Source: a virus (Duplodnaviria; Caudoviricetes). From it: a DNA stretch of 64,000 bases. Below are positions 1 to 9,566 of this stretch, one piece after another. The translations under genes were made by a program, and so were the position numbers. The number at the start of each line of letters is the position of its first letter. Positions within the stretch are counted from its first letter, which is position 1. The notes beneath the pieces were generated by a model that was given only the letters and a program-made list of their open reading frames with translations, had not been told where the DNA came from and made no database searches. The DNA lies in IMG/VR virus record IMGVR_UViG_2932572697_000002, positions 1 to 64,000 of that record; one strand, 5' to 3'.

Positions 1-204
1 TCAGCCGTCTCTGCCTATGGGGCAGTTGCGGCATTCACCACAGTTTCCACCAAGTCCCTCGACCAGTTCCCTCATCGCTGTGCTTGCTGCGGTGCGGGGG
101 TGCAACTGCCGGGGGATCACGCAGACGATCCCTTTGTCGGTCTTGAGGGCCTGTCCTTTGAAGTTGGGCCCGTAGTCGACTATGAGCGCGTCCTGATACA
201 GCAT
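1..204 (-). CDS. Small hypothetical protein with C-terminal CxxCxxC, downstream of the repressor
   Basis: ORF 1..264; ATG at 204 is preceded by a GGGGGAG RBS; ends GNCGECRNCP. Confidence 0.6.
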   Translation of the reverse strand: MLYQDALIVDYGPNFKGQALKTDKGIVCVIPRQLHPRTAASTAMRELVEGLGGNCGECRNCPIGRDG

Positions 205-366
205 GGCTCCCCCTACTGTCCGGCACTGACGGGAGCCTCCAAGGGCGTAGTCAAACTCTGCCACGGAGTGACCCAGTTGAGGTCATCTATGGCCAAGTTA
301 CGTGCGGGATTTTTGGTAACAGTGGGGTAAACGCCAAAGGTTGTATGGCGGGCAGGTCTTTTTGCT

Positions 367-786
367 TCAGAGCATCCCGTTGGCGCGCAGATCCTTTACG
401 ACCTTGTCGGCCAGCTTTTTGATCTCGTCCGACGTGAGGCCGCCAGCTGTCGCGATCGCGGCGAGCTTCACCACGTTGCGGGCTTCTTCCTCGAAGACCT
501 CCGGCGGGAGCTTGGAGATCATCACGCCCGGGTCGCCCTCCGAGGGGGAGCTCTCGATGGGCTCGTCTCCGCGGAGGATGGCGAGGCAGCCGCCGGGCGC
601 CCACTGGAGCAGTCCGTCGATCTTCTTGTAGTTCGTGGGGCGGATGGCTTCCCCTCGTTCGACCCGCTGCCAGGTGCCTTTGGATGTGCCGGCGGCCTTG
701 GCGTTCTTGTCGTTGAGGGCAAGCCCAAGATCGAGGCGGCGCTTGCGCGCGGCCGTCGCGAGGCGGTCTAGGTCACGGGGTGCCAT
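367..786 (-). CDS. Immunity repressor, XRE/Cro-C1 type HTH
   Basis: ARKRRLDLGL..AKAAGTSKGTWQRVERG..KIDGLLQW HTH signature; divergent from the Cro-like gene; start chosen at ATG 786. Confidence 0.8.
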   Translation of the reverse strand: MAPRDLDRLATAARKRRLDLGLALNDKNAKAAGTSKGTWQRVERGEAIRPTNYKKIDGLLQWAPGGCLAILRGDEPIESSPSEGDPGVMISKLPPEVFEEEARNVVKLAAIATAGGLTSDEIKKLADKVVKDLRANGML

Positions 787-963
787 GCCCTCATCTTGGC
801 AGGACCGAGCGGGACCAGCCAGGACTGAGCCTCGATTGGGCTCAAAGTAATCCACACGTAACCCCAGGTCAGAGGGCATCTAGGGCTAAGTGCTGTCCAT
901 TGGTGGGTAAGTAGTGGGCATGTATGGCTAGACGACGTGGGCAACTATGGGTAAGTTCTACTC
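787..963. promoter_or_regulatory. Divergent repressor/cro control region with repeated operator-like words
   Basis: Lower-GC intergenic region; TGGGTAAGT at 904-912 and 948-956; GTGGGCA at 914-920 and 937-943; TAAGTT (952-957) lies 6 nt before the cro ATG. Confidence 0.6.
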
Positions 964-1215
964 ATGCACCAACCCCCAACCACTTTCGAAGTGGACGGGG
1001 CGGCCATATGCACCAAGCGCATGCAAGCGGGGATCGAAGTCCAGCAGCTCGCCAACCAGGTCGGCTGCACCGCCAGCTACCTGCGAAAGCTCGAAAGAGG
1101 CACCCGCTCCCGCATGAGCCCAAGCAAGTACGTCCGCCTCCGCACCGCTCTCAAAGCGACTGACGACGATCTCCTCGCCCCCACCGAGGACCGAACAGAA
1201 AGGAACCAGACGTGA
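964..1215 (+). CDS. Cro-like HTH transcriptional regulator
   Basis: KRMQAGIEVQQLANQVGCTASYLRKLERG XRE-type HTH; first gene of the rightward operon. Confidence 0.85.
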   Translation: MHQPPTTFEVDGAAICTKRMQAGIEVQQLANQVGCTASYLRKLERGTRSRMSPSKYVRLRTALKATDDDLLAPTEDRTERNQT

Positions 1216-1487
1216 TGACCACCAGGGCCACCGACCAAGCAGAGCAGCCGGCTGACCTGAACGCCCCCTACTTCAACATCCGCGAAGCCGCCTGGGTAAT
1301 GCGCATCAGCGTGAAGACCCTTCGCCGCCGCATCACAGCCGGGCGTATCAGTGTCAGCCGTGACACCGAGGGCGGGCGGATCACCGTCAGCCGCGAGGCG
1401 ATCGACCAGTACTTCCGGGCGATGCAGGTGCACTCAGTGTCGACCGCACGGTCCGGCCGTCCGCGCCAGCACGCCGCCGCTGCCTGA
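1212..1487 (+). CDS. Excisionase-like HTH_17/MerR-type DNA-binding protein
   Basis: YFNIREAAWVMRISVKTLRRRITAGRI motif. Confidence 0.8.
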   Translation: MMTTRATDQAEQPADLNAPYFNIREAAWVMRISVKTLRRRITAGRISVSRDTEGGRITVSREAIDQYFRAMQVHSVSTARSGRPRQHAAAA

Positions 1488-1575
1488 GCAGCTGTGAGGC
1501 CGCCCCCGTAACGACCAAGTCCGGGAACGGCCTCGTGATCCACCCGTCATCCTCCGCGAACAGAGAGGTGGACCG

Positions 1576-2397
1576 ATGTCCATCCAACCATTCCAGAGCA
1601 CCCCGCTGGTGTTCACCTTCCCGGAGACCGCGCAGCACGTGCGGTCCGTGATGATCGACGGCGAACCGTGGTGGCTCGCCCGTGACGTCGCCGATGTCCT
1701 CGAACTCGGCAACATGCACAGCTCACTCGCCCTCCTCGACGAGGACGAGAAGGGGGTCCACAGTGTGGAGACCCCTGGTGGCGCCCAGCAGGCGGCCATC
1801 ATCAACGAGCCGGGCCTGTACTCCCTGATCCTCCGCTCGCGGAAGCCACAGGCGAAGGCGTTCAAGCGCTGGATCACCCACGAGGTCATCCCCTCCATCC
1901 GACGGACCGGCTCGTACTCCGCAGCTCCCCGCGAGATGACGAAGCTGGAGGCCCTCCAGGCCGCGATCGAGTCGGAGCAAGGCCGTCTCGCTGCTGAGGC
2001 TCGGGTGAAGGAGCTGGAGCCGGCCGCGAGCTCGTGGCAGAAGCTGGCCTCCGGAGATGGCGACCTCTCGGTGGCGGACGCCGCGAAGATCCTGTCCCGC
2101 GATCCGTCGATTGAGACGGGCAGGAACCGGCTGTTCGGGATCTTGCACGAACTCGACTGGGCCTACGTCCAGAACGCCGACCACCGGTACCGAGCCAAGC
2201 AGTACGCGGTGGAGCGCCGCTGGCTTTCGGAGCTCCCGCAGTCCTACACCCACCCGCAGACCGGTGAGTTGACGCTCGGTGCCCCCCAGGTGCGGGTGAC
2301 GGTGAAGGGCTTGCACGAGCTCCACAAGCGGCTCGGCGGCACCCGACCCGTGCAGATGCCCTCCGCCCCGTCGCAGCGTGAGGCAGGTGCCCTGTGA
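1576..2397 (+). CDS. Phage antirepressor (Bro-N + ANT/KilAC)
   Basis: VRSVMIDGEPWWLARDVADVL..INEPGLYSLILRSRKPQAKAFKRWITHEVIPSIRRTGSY (Bro-N); C-terminal GRNRLF..VRVTVKG (ANT). Confidence 0.93.
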   Translation: MSIQPFQSTPLVFTFPETAQHVRSVMIDGEPWWLARDVADVLELGNMHSSLALLDEDEKGVHSVETPGGAQQAAIINEPGLYSLILRSRKPQAKAFKRWITHEVIPSIRRTGSYSAAPREMTKLEALQAAIESEQGRLAAEARVKELEPAASSWQKLASGDGDLSVADAAKILSRDPSIETGRNRLFGILHELDWAYVQNADHRYRAKQYAVERRWLSELPQSYTHPQTGELTLGAPQVRVTVKGLHELHKRLGGTRPVQMPSAPSQREAGAL

Positions 2398-2861
2398 GCG
2401 CCGCCGAGTTCAACCACCTCTACCCGGTCGGCACCCCGGTGCTCGCCTACCCGGGCATCCGCCCGGAGGACGGCCCGGACGACGACACGCTGATCACCCG
2501 CACCCGCACCGAAGCCCGAGTTTCCGGCAGCGGCGACGACGTCATCTGGGTTGAAGGGCACGGCGCGTACATCTCCCTCACGCACGTCGACCCGGTCTCC
2601 GGGGAGCAGTGGCGACAGGCCCGGATCGATCGGGACGAGACCACATCGGCACGACGTGCGGCCCTGCTCGACGCCGTCCGCACCCGCCCCACTGGGTGGA
2701 AGCCGGAGCGTGCGGCCTTCGCGTTGAAGCGTCTCGGCTTCGGCTGGGTCAGTGAACGCACGGCCCGGGCGGACCTTGAGGCCCTGGTTGCCGACGGGCA
2801 TCTGGCCCCTGTCACCGAGGTGGTCATCCGGCACTACGACCTGACGGGCGGTGCGTCGTGA
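2394..2861 (+). CDS. Hypothetical phage protein with a C-terminal wHTH-like segment
   Basis: Coupled GTGA overlap; FNHLYPVGTPVLAYPG start; SERTARADLEALVADGHL. Confidence 0.75.
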   Translation: MSAAEFNHLYPVGTPVLAYPGIRPEDGPDDDTLITRTRTEARVSGSGDDVIWVEGHGAYISLTHVDPVSGEQWRQARIDRDETTSARRAALLDAVRTRPTGWKPERAAFALKRLGFGWVSERTARADLEALVADGHLAPVTEVVIRHYDLTGGAS

Positions 2862-3232
2862 CTGCCGCCGACCTGTCCCGTGTGGACGTCCTCGCATCCC
2901 AGTTGACGGCGGAGATCCTCACCCGCCGCGCCGCCCGGCGTGTCGAGCCGCAGCTCCCGGAGTGCTTCCACTGCGGCAGCCGCACCGGCCCGTGGGTTCC
3001 GGACCCGTCCGGCGCCCGCTGGCCTTCCGGGGCCCAGGTCATGGAGTGCAGGGACCGGTGCACCGCTGCCGACCCGGACCGCCACTCCCTCGACCTCGAC
3101 ATCGACCGTGCCGCCGCCCTCGTCGTGGCTGCCCACCCCGAGGCGTGCGCCACGGAAGCCGACTACCCCGGCTGGCCTGCACAGGTCGCCGAGCTCATCG
3201 CCCGCAGCAAGAACAGCCGGAGGACCCGATGA
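2858..3232 (+). CDS. Hypothetical protein with CxxC zinc-ribbon-like motif
   Basis: 4-bp overlaps at both ends; CFHC...CRDRC. Confidence 0.65.
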   Translation: MTAADLSRVDVLASQLTAEILTRRAARRVEPQLPECFHCGSRTGPWVPDPSGARWPSGAQVMECRDRCTAADPDRHSLDLDIDRAAALVVAAHPEACATEADYPGWPAQVAELIARSKNSRRTR

Positions 3233-3591
3233 ACGCCCACACCAAGCTCCTCCTCGCCCTCCTGGAGCCCGCTGCTCAGGGCGCCCCCGGTTCCCCGGCA
3301 GGCCGCTTCGACTTCGCGACCCGAGTTCGTGCCGACGCCGTCGAGGCGGCGCATGAAGCGCTGGCGGAGTCGGCCAGCGTGGACCCGGAGGATCACCGCG
3401 CGGTCGCCCGGTCGAAGGCTGGTCTCGCCGCCGCCCTCGGCTGGGTGCTGCGGGCGATCGACGAGGATGCCAACTCCCGGGACCGGGCGGCCGACGTCCC
3501 GAACGAGGTCGCCGCCGAGGACGGGTACCGACGCCCGGTCGGCGTCCCGTTCCAGCGCGAGTCCGTCCAGCACGGGGCGGAGGCGGCATGA
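3229..3591 (+). CDS. Hypothetical phage protein
   Basis: GGAGG RBS then ATG 3229, ATGA overlap; high GC3. Confidence 0.7.
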   Translation: MNAHTKLLLALLEPAAQGAPGSPAGRFDFATRVRADAVEAAHEALAESASVDPEDHRAVARSKAGLAAALGWVLRAIDEDANSRDRAADVPNEVAAEDGYRRPVGVPFQRESVQHGAEAA

Positions 3592-3872
3592 ACGTCATCG
3601 CCTACCCGGAGATCCGGTTCGAGGACCCGCCGGAGACCTGCCGCGACCCGCGTAGCCGGCCTCACTTCGAGATCGCGAAGGCCCTGCGGGAAAGGTCGGG
3701 GGAGTGGGGGATCGTCGCAACGGCCACCACGATCCAGGCCGCCCGGACTCTGGCCAGCCAGATCCGTAACGCTTCTCTCGCCGCTTACGACTGGCGTTCG
3801 TTCGACGCTGTGGCCAGCACCGTGGGCGACGAGCACCGTGTCTACGCCCGGCACACCGGCGGTGCGGCATGA
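3588..3872 (+). CDS. Hypothetical phage protein
   Basis: Coupled start/stop overlaps; high GC3. Confidence 0.75.
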   Translation: MNVIAYPEIRFEDPPETCRDPRSRPHFEIAKALRERSGEWGIVATATTIQAARTLASQIRNASLAAYDWRSFDAVASTVGDEHRVYARHTGGAA

Positions 3873-4132
3873 CCCCCCGCACGGAGACGGTGACCGTCTC
3901 CCACCTCCTGTGCGACGACGCCCCGCCCGTCATCACCGGCCCGGTCGCCGCCACCCTCGTCCGGTCGCTGAACCTCATCAACCGCCCCCGAGACCTGAAG
4001 GCCGAGCGGGACTACCAGGACAGCGTCACCTCCGGGTACGTCACCCTCCCCGCCGGGTGCTCCATCTCCGGGCCGGAGCCGACTGCGGACGAACTGAACC
4101 GCCTGTGGGCCGACTTGGCGCCCAACCCGTGA
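3869..4132 (+). CDS. Hypothetical phage protein
   Basis: ATGA overlap; coding-like codon use. Confidence 0.65.
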   Translation: MTPRTETVTVSHLLCDDAPPVITGPVAATLVRSLNLINRPRDLKAERDYQDSVTSGYVTLPAGCSISGPEPTADELNRLWADLAPNP

Positions 4133-4215
4133 ACGTCACCGCCACCGTCATCGGCGTCATGTTCGGCCTGATGGCGGTGGCCCCCAGCCTCTGGACCCGG
4201 AAGGGCACGTCATGA
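4129..4215 (+). CDS. Tiny hydrophobic peptide (28 aa)
   Basis: GTGA and ATGA overlaps fill the gap exactly; MNVTATVIGVMFGLMAVAPSLWTRKGTS. Confidence 0.5.
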   Translation: MNVTATVIGVMFGLMAVAPSLWTRKGTS

Positions 4216-4676
4216 GTCTCACCCACCCGAGCGGTAAGCACCGTGCGGACGACCGAATAGACGACCTCGCCGCCCAGGTCCGCAAGCTCGGCGCCCGGGT
4301 TCGCGAGCTGGAAGCCGACAACGAATCCCTGACCCGCGAACTGACCCGCACCCTGCTGCGCGGCATGCAGGACGCCACCGCCCTCGCCGAACAGCGCACC
4401 ACCAACCAGGAACTCATCACCCGGGTAAAGGAACTCAGCAACCGGGTGATCCGGGACGGGGCGGAGAAGGAGCGCCTCCGCCAGGCCGTCATCAACGCCC
4501 GGCCCCGGATCACCGAGGTCGTGCAGCGCTTGGACCGGCCCTACGTGTCCCACGTGCAGGTCCCGTACCCGGTGCCGGTTCAGCCGGCCGACACGACCAA
4601 CGAGCAGACGCAGGCAATCCCGCTGATCTATCTCCCGGAGTCGATTCTCCGGGACGACGCGGACGAAGCCGCCTGA
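4212..4676 (+). CDS. Coiled-coil hypothetical protein
   Basis: Heptad-rich central region. Confidence 0.75.
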   Translation: MSLTHPSGKHRADDRIDDLAAQVRKLGARVRELEADNESLTRELTRTLLRGMQDATALAEQRTTNQELITRVKELSNRVIRDGAEKERLRQAVINARPRITEVVQRLDRPYVSHVQVPYPVPVQPADTTNEQTQAIPLIYLPESILRDDADEAA

Positions 4677-4746
4677 GACCCGCCGGGCCGCGCGGATGAC
4701 ACCGGTCGCCGGCCCGGCGGCACCAACCACCCCAGAGAAGGACGCC

Positions 4747-5106
4747 ATGGAATCCACCACCGCACAGGAGGTCGTGACCCACGAGGTCATCGCCCGCCAG
4801 CACGCAACACCCGTCCTCGTCCAGGCCATCGAGCCCCAGCCCGGCCTGTTCGTGTACCGGCAGCCCGCCGAGCTCCTCAAGAAGGGCGACCGGTACGTGT
4901 GGAGGCTCGGCCACCACTCCGGCTACCAGATCGCGAAGTTCGAGTCCCCCGGCGACGCCGACGACGCGGCGTGGGCGATCCGAGACATCACCGACTGGAC
5001 CCGCCCTGTCGACGAGATCAGGGCCGACACCGACGGCGGGGCCGTCAAGGACGCCCTGGTCCAGTCGCCCGGGATCTTCCTCAACTCCCACCCCGACGCC
5101 ACCTGA
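4747..5106 (+). CDS. Hypothetical protein (paralogue of 16430..16753)
   Basis: AAGGA RBS; PQPGL..YVWRLGHHSG..FES..DW motif shared with 16430..16753. Confidence 0.75.
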   Translation: MESTTAQEVVTHEVIARQHATPVLVQAIEPQPGLFVYRQPAELLKKGDRYVWRLGHHSGYQIAKFESPGDADDAAWAIRDITDWTRPVDEIRADTDGGAVKDALVQSPGIFLNSHPDAT

Positions 5107-5178
5107 CCCGCCTCACACGGACGCCCCCGCCGAGGCAAGCGGCGGGGGCACCCAACCCCATCATCCCAGGAGGAACCC

Positions 5179-5586
5179 ATGCCCGAGAAGCCGTACACCG
5201 ACGAAGACCTTCGCGCCGAAGCCGCCCGGCAGCTGGCCGACGCCGAACTTCCCGAACTGGAGACCGTCGGCGAGCAGATGCGGAACGCCGACATCGCAAG
5301 CCGGTCCCACTGGAACCGCGACGCGTGGTGGCACTCGCTGTCGGACACCGACCGCGAGACCGCTCAGACCGCGATCCACGGCCTCATCGAGGGTGCCGCC
5401 GACGTGTCCGAGTGGGCGGTGAACCTCGGCGCGGACGGGTTGGAGCCGGTCGGCCTGAACCTCAACATCAACGACTCCAGCGGCGAGCACCGTGTCCGTC
5501 TTCACTTCGCGTTCGCCCCCGACATGGACAAGGCGATCCGCCAGGAGGTCATGGACCTCGTCGCTGACGCGATCCGCCGCACCTGA
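5179..5586 (+). CDS. Hypothetical phage protein
   Basis: AGGAGG RBS; high GC3. Confidence 0.8.
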   Translation: MPEKPYTDEDLRAEAARQLADAELPELETVGEQMRNADIASRSHWNRDAWWHSLSDTDRETAQTAIHGLIEGAADVSEWAVNLGADGLEPVGLNLNINDSSGEHRVRLHFAFAPDMDKAIRQEVMDLVADAIRRT

Positions 5587-5682
5587 CCCACTTCCCGGCA
5601 GGCGTCCGAGCCCGGCTCCGTCTGCCCGCTGCGGGCCGCCAACCCCACCGGCGGCCCGCAGTAACCCACCCAGGAGAACCAC

Positions 5683-5787
5683 ATGATCGCCTGCGTCCGC
5701 TGCGACGACACCAACGGCCCCTTCAGCCGCGAACCCGAAGGCCCCGTCTGCGAGACCTGCCTCAACGAACAGGACGGTCAGCGATGA
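5683..5787 (+). CDS. Zinc-finger microprotein (34 aa)
   Basis: AGGAG RBS; MIACVRCDDTNGPFSREPEGPVCETCLNEQDGQR; overlaps the exonuclease start. Confidence 0.6.
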   Translation: MIACVRCDDTNGPFSREPEGPVCETCLNEQDGQR

Positions 5788-6656
5788 CCACCACCCTCGA
5801 ACCCCCGGTCACCGCACCCGTCGTCATCGACGGCATGACCGCCGAGGACTACCACGCCGACAAGACGTCCATCTCCTCGTCCGGGCTCCGCGCCCTCCTC
5901 AACCCCGGCTGCCCCGCTCAGTTCAAGTACGACCGCGACCACCAGCAGCCCCCCAAGCGGGAGTTCGACCTCGGCAACGCCGTCCACACCAAGGTGCTCG
6001 GCGAGGGCCACGACATCGTCGAGATCGACTACCCGAACTACCTCAAGGCCGACGCCCGCGCCGCACGCGACGAGGCCTACGCCGCGGGCAAGGTCCCGCT
6101 CCTCCCCAAGGAGAAGGCCCAAGTCGACGCCATGGAGCAGGCCGTCCGCGAGCACCCGCTCGCCGGCCCGCTCTTCACCCCCGGCACCGGCATCGCGGAG
6201 CGCTCCATCTACTGGACCGACCCCGACACCGGAATCCGCTGCCGAGTCCGACCGGACTGGCTGAAGCAGCTCCCCGGCACCACCCTCTGCGTCGACCTCA
6301 AGACCATCAAGGACGCCGCCCCGGACACGATCTCCCGCGCCATCCGGGACCACAACTACCACCAGCAGGACCCGCTCTACATCGACGGCATCGAGGCCGC
6401 CGGGCTCGCCCCCGAGGGGTGCCGGTTCATCTTCGTCTTCGTCTCGAAGATCGCCCCCTACCTGATCACCGTGCGGGAGCTCGTCGACCAGGACCGCGAC
6501 ATCGGGCGGGCCCGCAACCAGCGCGCCCTCCGCATCTACGCCGAGTGCGAGTCCACCGGCATCTGGCCCGACTGGACCGGCCCCGTCACCGAAATCCCCC
6601 GGATCGGCATGCCGAGCTGGGACACCCTCCGACAGGCAGAGGAATACCTGCGATGA
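5784..6656 (+). CDS. recE: RecE/exonuclease VIII-like PD-(D/E)XK exonuclease
   Basis: YHAD..ISSSGL, FDLGNAVH, AERSIYW, RVRPDW, VDLKT, YHQQ motifs. Confidence 0.88.
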   Translation: MTTTLEPPVTAPVVIDGMTAEDYHADKTSISSSGLRALLNPGCPAQFKYDRDHQQPPKREFDLGNAVHTKVLGEGHDIVEIDYPNYLKADARAARDEAYAAGKVPLLPKEKAQVDAMEQAVREHPLAGPLFTPGTGIAERSIYWTDPDTGIRCRVRPDWLKQLPGTTLCVDLKTIKDAAPDTISRAIRDHNYHQQDPLYIDGIEAAGLAPEGCRFIFVFVSKIAPYLITVRELVDQDRDIGRARNQRALRIYAECESTGIWPDWTGPVTEIPRIGMPSWDTLRQAEEYLR

Positions 6657-7456
6657 GTAACGAGATCGCCACCCGCGACGAGCAGAACGCCGTCGCCACC
6701 CAGCAGCCCAACACCCTCCCCGCCCCGGCGCCGACCGAGGGCACCAACGCCCTCATGGCCTGGGCGCAGGAAGCCAGCCTCGCCTACGACATGGCGCAGA
6801 AGCTCGCCGTCACCTCCTTCGTCCCCCAGTCCCTGCGGGGCAAGCCCGGTGACATCGCCGCGGCGATTTTGGCCGGCTCCGAGCTCGGCCTGAAGCCGAT
6901 GGCCACCCTCAAGTCGATCGACATCATCCAGGGCACTCCCGCTCTCCGAGCCCACGCCATGCGCGCCGTCATCCAGCGGCAGGGCCATGAGATCGAGCTC
7001 GTCGAGTCCACTGACGAGCAGTGCCGGATGCGGGGCCGCCGCAAGAACTCGGAGACCTGGCAGGAAGTCCTGTGGGACATCCCCCGGGCTCAGCGCCTCG
7101 GTCTCCTCACGAAGGACCAGTGGAAGAAGCAGCCGAAGGCCATGCTCGTCGCCCGCGCCACGGGCGAGCTGTGCCGACTGATCGCCTCCGACGCCCTGCA
7201 CGGCATGGCCTACGTGTCCGAGGAGCTCGAAGGCACGGTCCACGGCGAGATCGCCCAGCCCCGTGCCCCGCTGAGCGTCGCCGCCCTCACCGCCCCGGCA
7301 GCCCCCGCACCCACGCCCGAGCCGGCCCCGGCCGCCGAGGCGACGCACCAGGTCACCCGCGACGACCAGGCGCCGATAGACGGGATCTGGGACGCCGAAG
7401 CCGCCGAGGACTCCACCGACTGGCCCGAGACCGCCCAGCCCGGCTCCGGCAAGTAG
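6653..7456 (+). CDS. recT: RecT-like single-strand annealing protein
   Basis: FVPQSLRGKPGDIAAAILAGSELGL..IDIIQG..WKKQPKAML; directly follows the exonuclease. Confidence 0.78.
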   Translation: MSNEIATRDEQNAVATQQPNTLPAPAPTEGTNALMAWAQEASLAYDMAQKLAVTSFVPQSLRGKPGDIAAAILAGSELGLKPMATLKSIDIIQGTPALRAHAMRAVIQRQGHEIELVESTDEQCRMRGRRKNSETWQEVLWDIPRAQRLGLLTKDQWKKQPKAMLVARATGELCRLIASDALHGMAYVSEELEGTVHGEIAQPRAPLSVAALTAPAAPAPTPEPAPAAEATHQVTRDDQAPIDGIWDAEAAEDSTDWPETAQPGSGK

Positions 7457-7519
7457 CCCGCACACAGCAGGCCGCCCCCGCGGGCAGTGCGGGGGCGGCC
7501 CACCGGAAGGAAACCACAG

Positions 7520-8056
7520 ATGACCGCCGAACAGACCACCACCGTCCCGCTGGAACTCCTCACCACCCTCCTCGAACGGTGGGAGGAAGTCGCCGACAGC
7601 TACAAGCCCAGCGGAAGCGCGCACGCCGACCTGGAGGAGCGGTACAGCAACTACCGGTACGTGCAGCTGCGGGCGATCCGGAACCTGCGACAGGTCCTCG
7701 ACACGGGCACGATGCCGTGCGAGCTGGCGACCGAGGAAGAGCAGCGGCGGGGCGACTGCGGGCAGGTCCACGCCCCCGAGCCGGCCGACACCGCGGAGGA
7801 CCCGTTCGCAGCGGCGGAGAAGGCCTTCGCCCGCGAGCCGTGGGGCCCCGGCGTCACCCGTGACCAGGCCATGGCCAACGTCGTCACTCTTCACCTCGCC
7901 GAAGCACTGCTCGACGGCAAGAGCGAAGAGGTCCGCACCTGGGCCCGAGGTCTCGCCCACGAGCTGAAGCGCGAACGCATCGACCTGATCGACGACATCG
8001 GCCGCCACATGCAGCGCATGGCCCTTGGCGGGCCTACCAACGAGATCCCGTTCTAG
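7520..8056 (+). CDS. Hypothetical phage protein
   Basis: GGAAGGA RBS; ends NEIPF (SSB-tail-like). Confidence 0.75.
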   Translation: MTAEQTTTVPLELLTTLLERWEEVADSYKPSGSAHADLEERYSNYRYVQLRAIRNLRQVLDTGTMPCELATEEEQRRGDCGQVHAPEPADTAEDPFAAAEKAFAREPWGPGVTRDQAMANVVTLHLAEALLDGKSEEVRTWARGLAHELKRERIDLIDDIGRHMQRMALGGPTNEIPF

Positions 8057-8137
8057 CCCACCCGCAGCCGGGGCAGCCCCGTACCCGAAATACGGGGCTG
8101 CCCCGCCGCCAGCACATCACACGGAAGGAAGCGCGTC

Positions 8138-8899
8138 ATGGCATCCCGCTGGTACCCGCGTCAGACCACGAAGCGTGGCGGCATCAACCCGCCCGTCACC
8201 AAGTGGAATCGCATCGGCGAGTCCTCCACCGCGTCCCGCCGCTACCAGGACCGCGTCCACGAGAAGCTCGCCATCGCCGGATACGTCCAGCTCACCCCCG
8301 GCGTCATCTTCATCTATGAGCGGGCACCGTGGCGCATCATCGAGATCATCGACCGGCTCCAGGACTGGGACGACGAGCGCGAAACCATGTTCGCCGGGCG
8401 TCTCCGTGCCTGGGAGAAGAACCCCAGCGGCGACAAGCCCGAGCGGGCCACATGGTCCTTGCGCCCCTTCGTTGTCGTCGCCGTCCCCGACCAGGACCCC
8501 ACCGCGAAGCCTGTTCACCTCGAAGCGCCCGCCCACTACACGTGGCAGATCCTCCCCGAGCACTACCTGATCTGCCGGGCCTGCGGCGAACTCCCGCCCT
8601 GCCGCCACGAACAGGCCGAGACCAGCGCCGACCAAGAAATGGCCCGCACCGAAGTCCTCATGGAGATCCCCGCCGGGCACTGCATGAACTGCGGCGAGCA
8701 CATCACCCGCCGCCAGAAGTCCACCCGGTTCCCCGGCCCGAACCTGTGGCGCCCCGACCTCCCCGAGCACTCCGCCGTCTTCCACGCGCGCGAGGAGTGT
8801 TCCGACGGCGTCTACCGCTACCGCACCGCCTGGGAAGCCCGGGGCGGAACCCGCCCGCAGACCGCCCTCTCCTTCGACGACCTGGGAGAAGCCTCATGA
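8138..8899 (+). CDS. Hypothetical protein with Cys/His metal-binding motifs
   Basis: CRAC..PC, CMNC, FH..C; RBS present. Confidence 0.8.
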   Translation: MASRWYPRQTTKRGGINPPVTKWNRIGESSTASRRYQDRVHEKLAIAGYVQLTPGVIFIYERAPWRIIEIIDRLQDWDDERETMFAGRLRAWEKNPSGDKPERATWSLRPFVVVAVPDQDPTAKPVHLEAPAHYTWQILPEHYLICRACGELPPCRHEQAETSADQEMARTEVLMEIPAGHCMNCGEHITRRQKSTRFPGPNLWRPDLPEHSAVFHAREECSDGVYRYRTAWEARGGTRPQTALSFDDLGEAS

Positions 8900-9228
8900 C
8901 CGCGACCGTGCAGCCCACCCTCGACGGCAACGTCCCCACCCCCACCCAGTCCGCTGACTACGAGACGTGGCTGGCCGTGGTGTGGCCCGTCTTCATAGCC
9001 GCCGCGGCCACCGGCAAGGTCTTCACCTGCTACTCGGTGGCCGACGAGAACCGGCTCCCCAACCCGCCCAGCCCGCAGGCGCACTGGGGCCGGCTCATGA
9101 CCTTGCTCCGCGACGAGGGCTACATCCGCACCTCCGGGTGGGCGTGCTCCGACCGGCCCACCACCCACCACTCCGGAGTCCGCACCTGGAAGGGCACCGC
9201 GGCAGCTCGGCGGGAGGCAGCCGCGTGA
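8896..9228 (+). CDS. Hypothetical phage protein
   Basis: ATGA overlap; HWGRL..GYI..S..P..H..VRTW. Confidence 0.75.
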   Translation: MTATVQPTLDGNVPTPTQSADYETWLAVVWPVFIAAAATGKVFTCYSVADENRLPNPPSPQAHWGRLMTLLRDEGYIRTSGWACSDRPTTHHSGVRTWKGTAAARREAAA

Positions 9229-9566
9229 ACATCGACACCCTCCTCGCCGCTGGTCAGGCCGCGGCCACCGTGCACACCGCCGTCGACCGGGCCATCGACG
9301 CCGCCCTCTACTACGGGCCGGGTGTCCTCGTCACCGTCGCGGTCGCCGCCGCCTGGTGCACCTGCCGGTGGGCGGTCCGCCGCTACGAGCAGTGGCTCCA
9401 CGACCGGGCCGACCGGCGGGAGTACACCGCCCGCGCGTTCCGGCTCTGCCGCGTCGCCGACAACGCCGACGCCGTCACCGCGCTCCCCGAGACCGACCTC
9501 ATCACCTACCTCGACAACAAGTACACCGCCACCCCAGACCTCGCCAACGAGGGGGAAGAACGATGA
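9225..9566 (+). CDS. Hypothetical membrane-anchored protein
   Basis: GTGA overlap; one hydrophobic segment. Confidence 0.65.
   Translation: MNIDTLLAAGQAAATVHTAVDRAIDAALYYGPGVLVTVAVAAAWCTCRWAVRRYEQWLHDRADRREYTARAFRLCRVADNADAVTALPETDLITYLDNKYTATPDLANEGEER

Noticed and set aside
6536-8008. Long antisense and alternate-frame ORFs here and throughout (e.g. 16719-18317, 31195-32703, 42054-43439, 56714-58042)
   Set aside because: Shadow ORFs expected in high-GC DNA; they overlap well-supported genes and carry no motifs.
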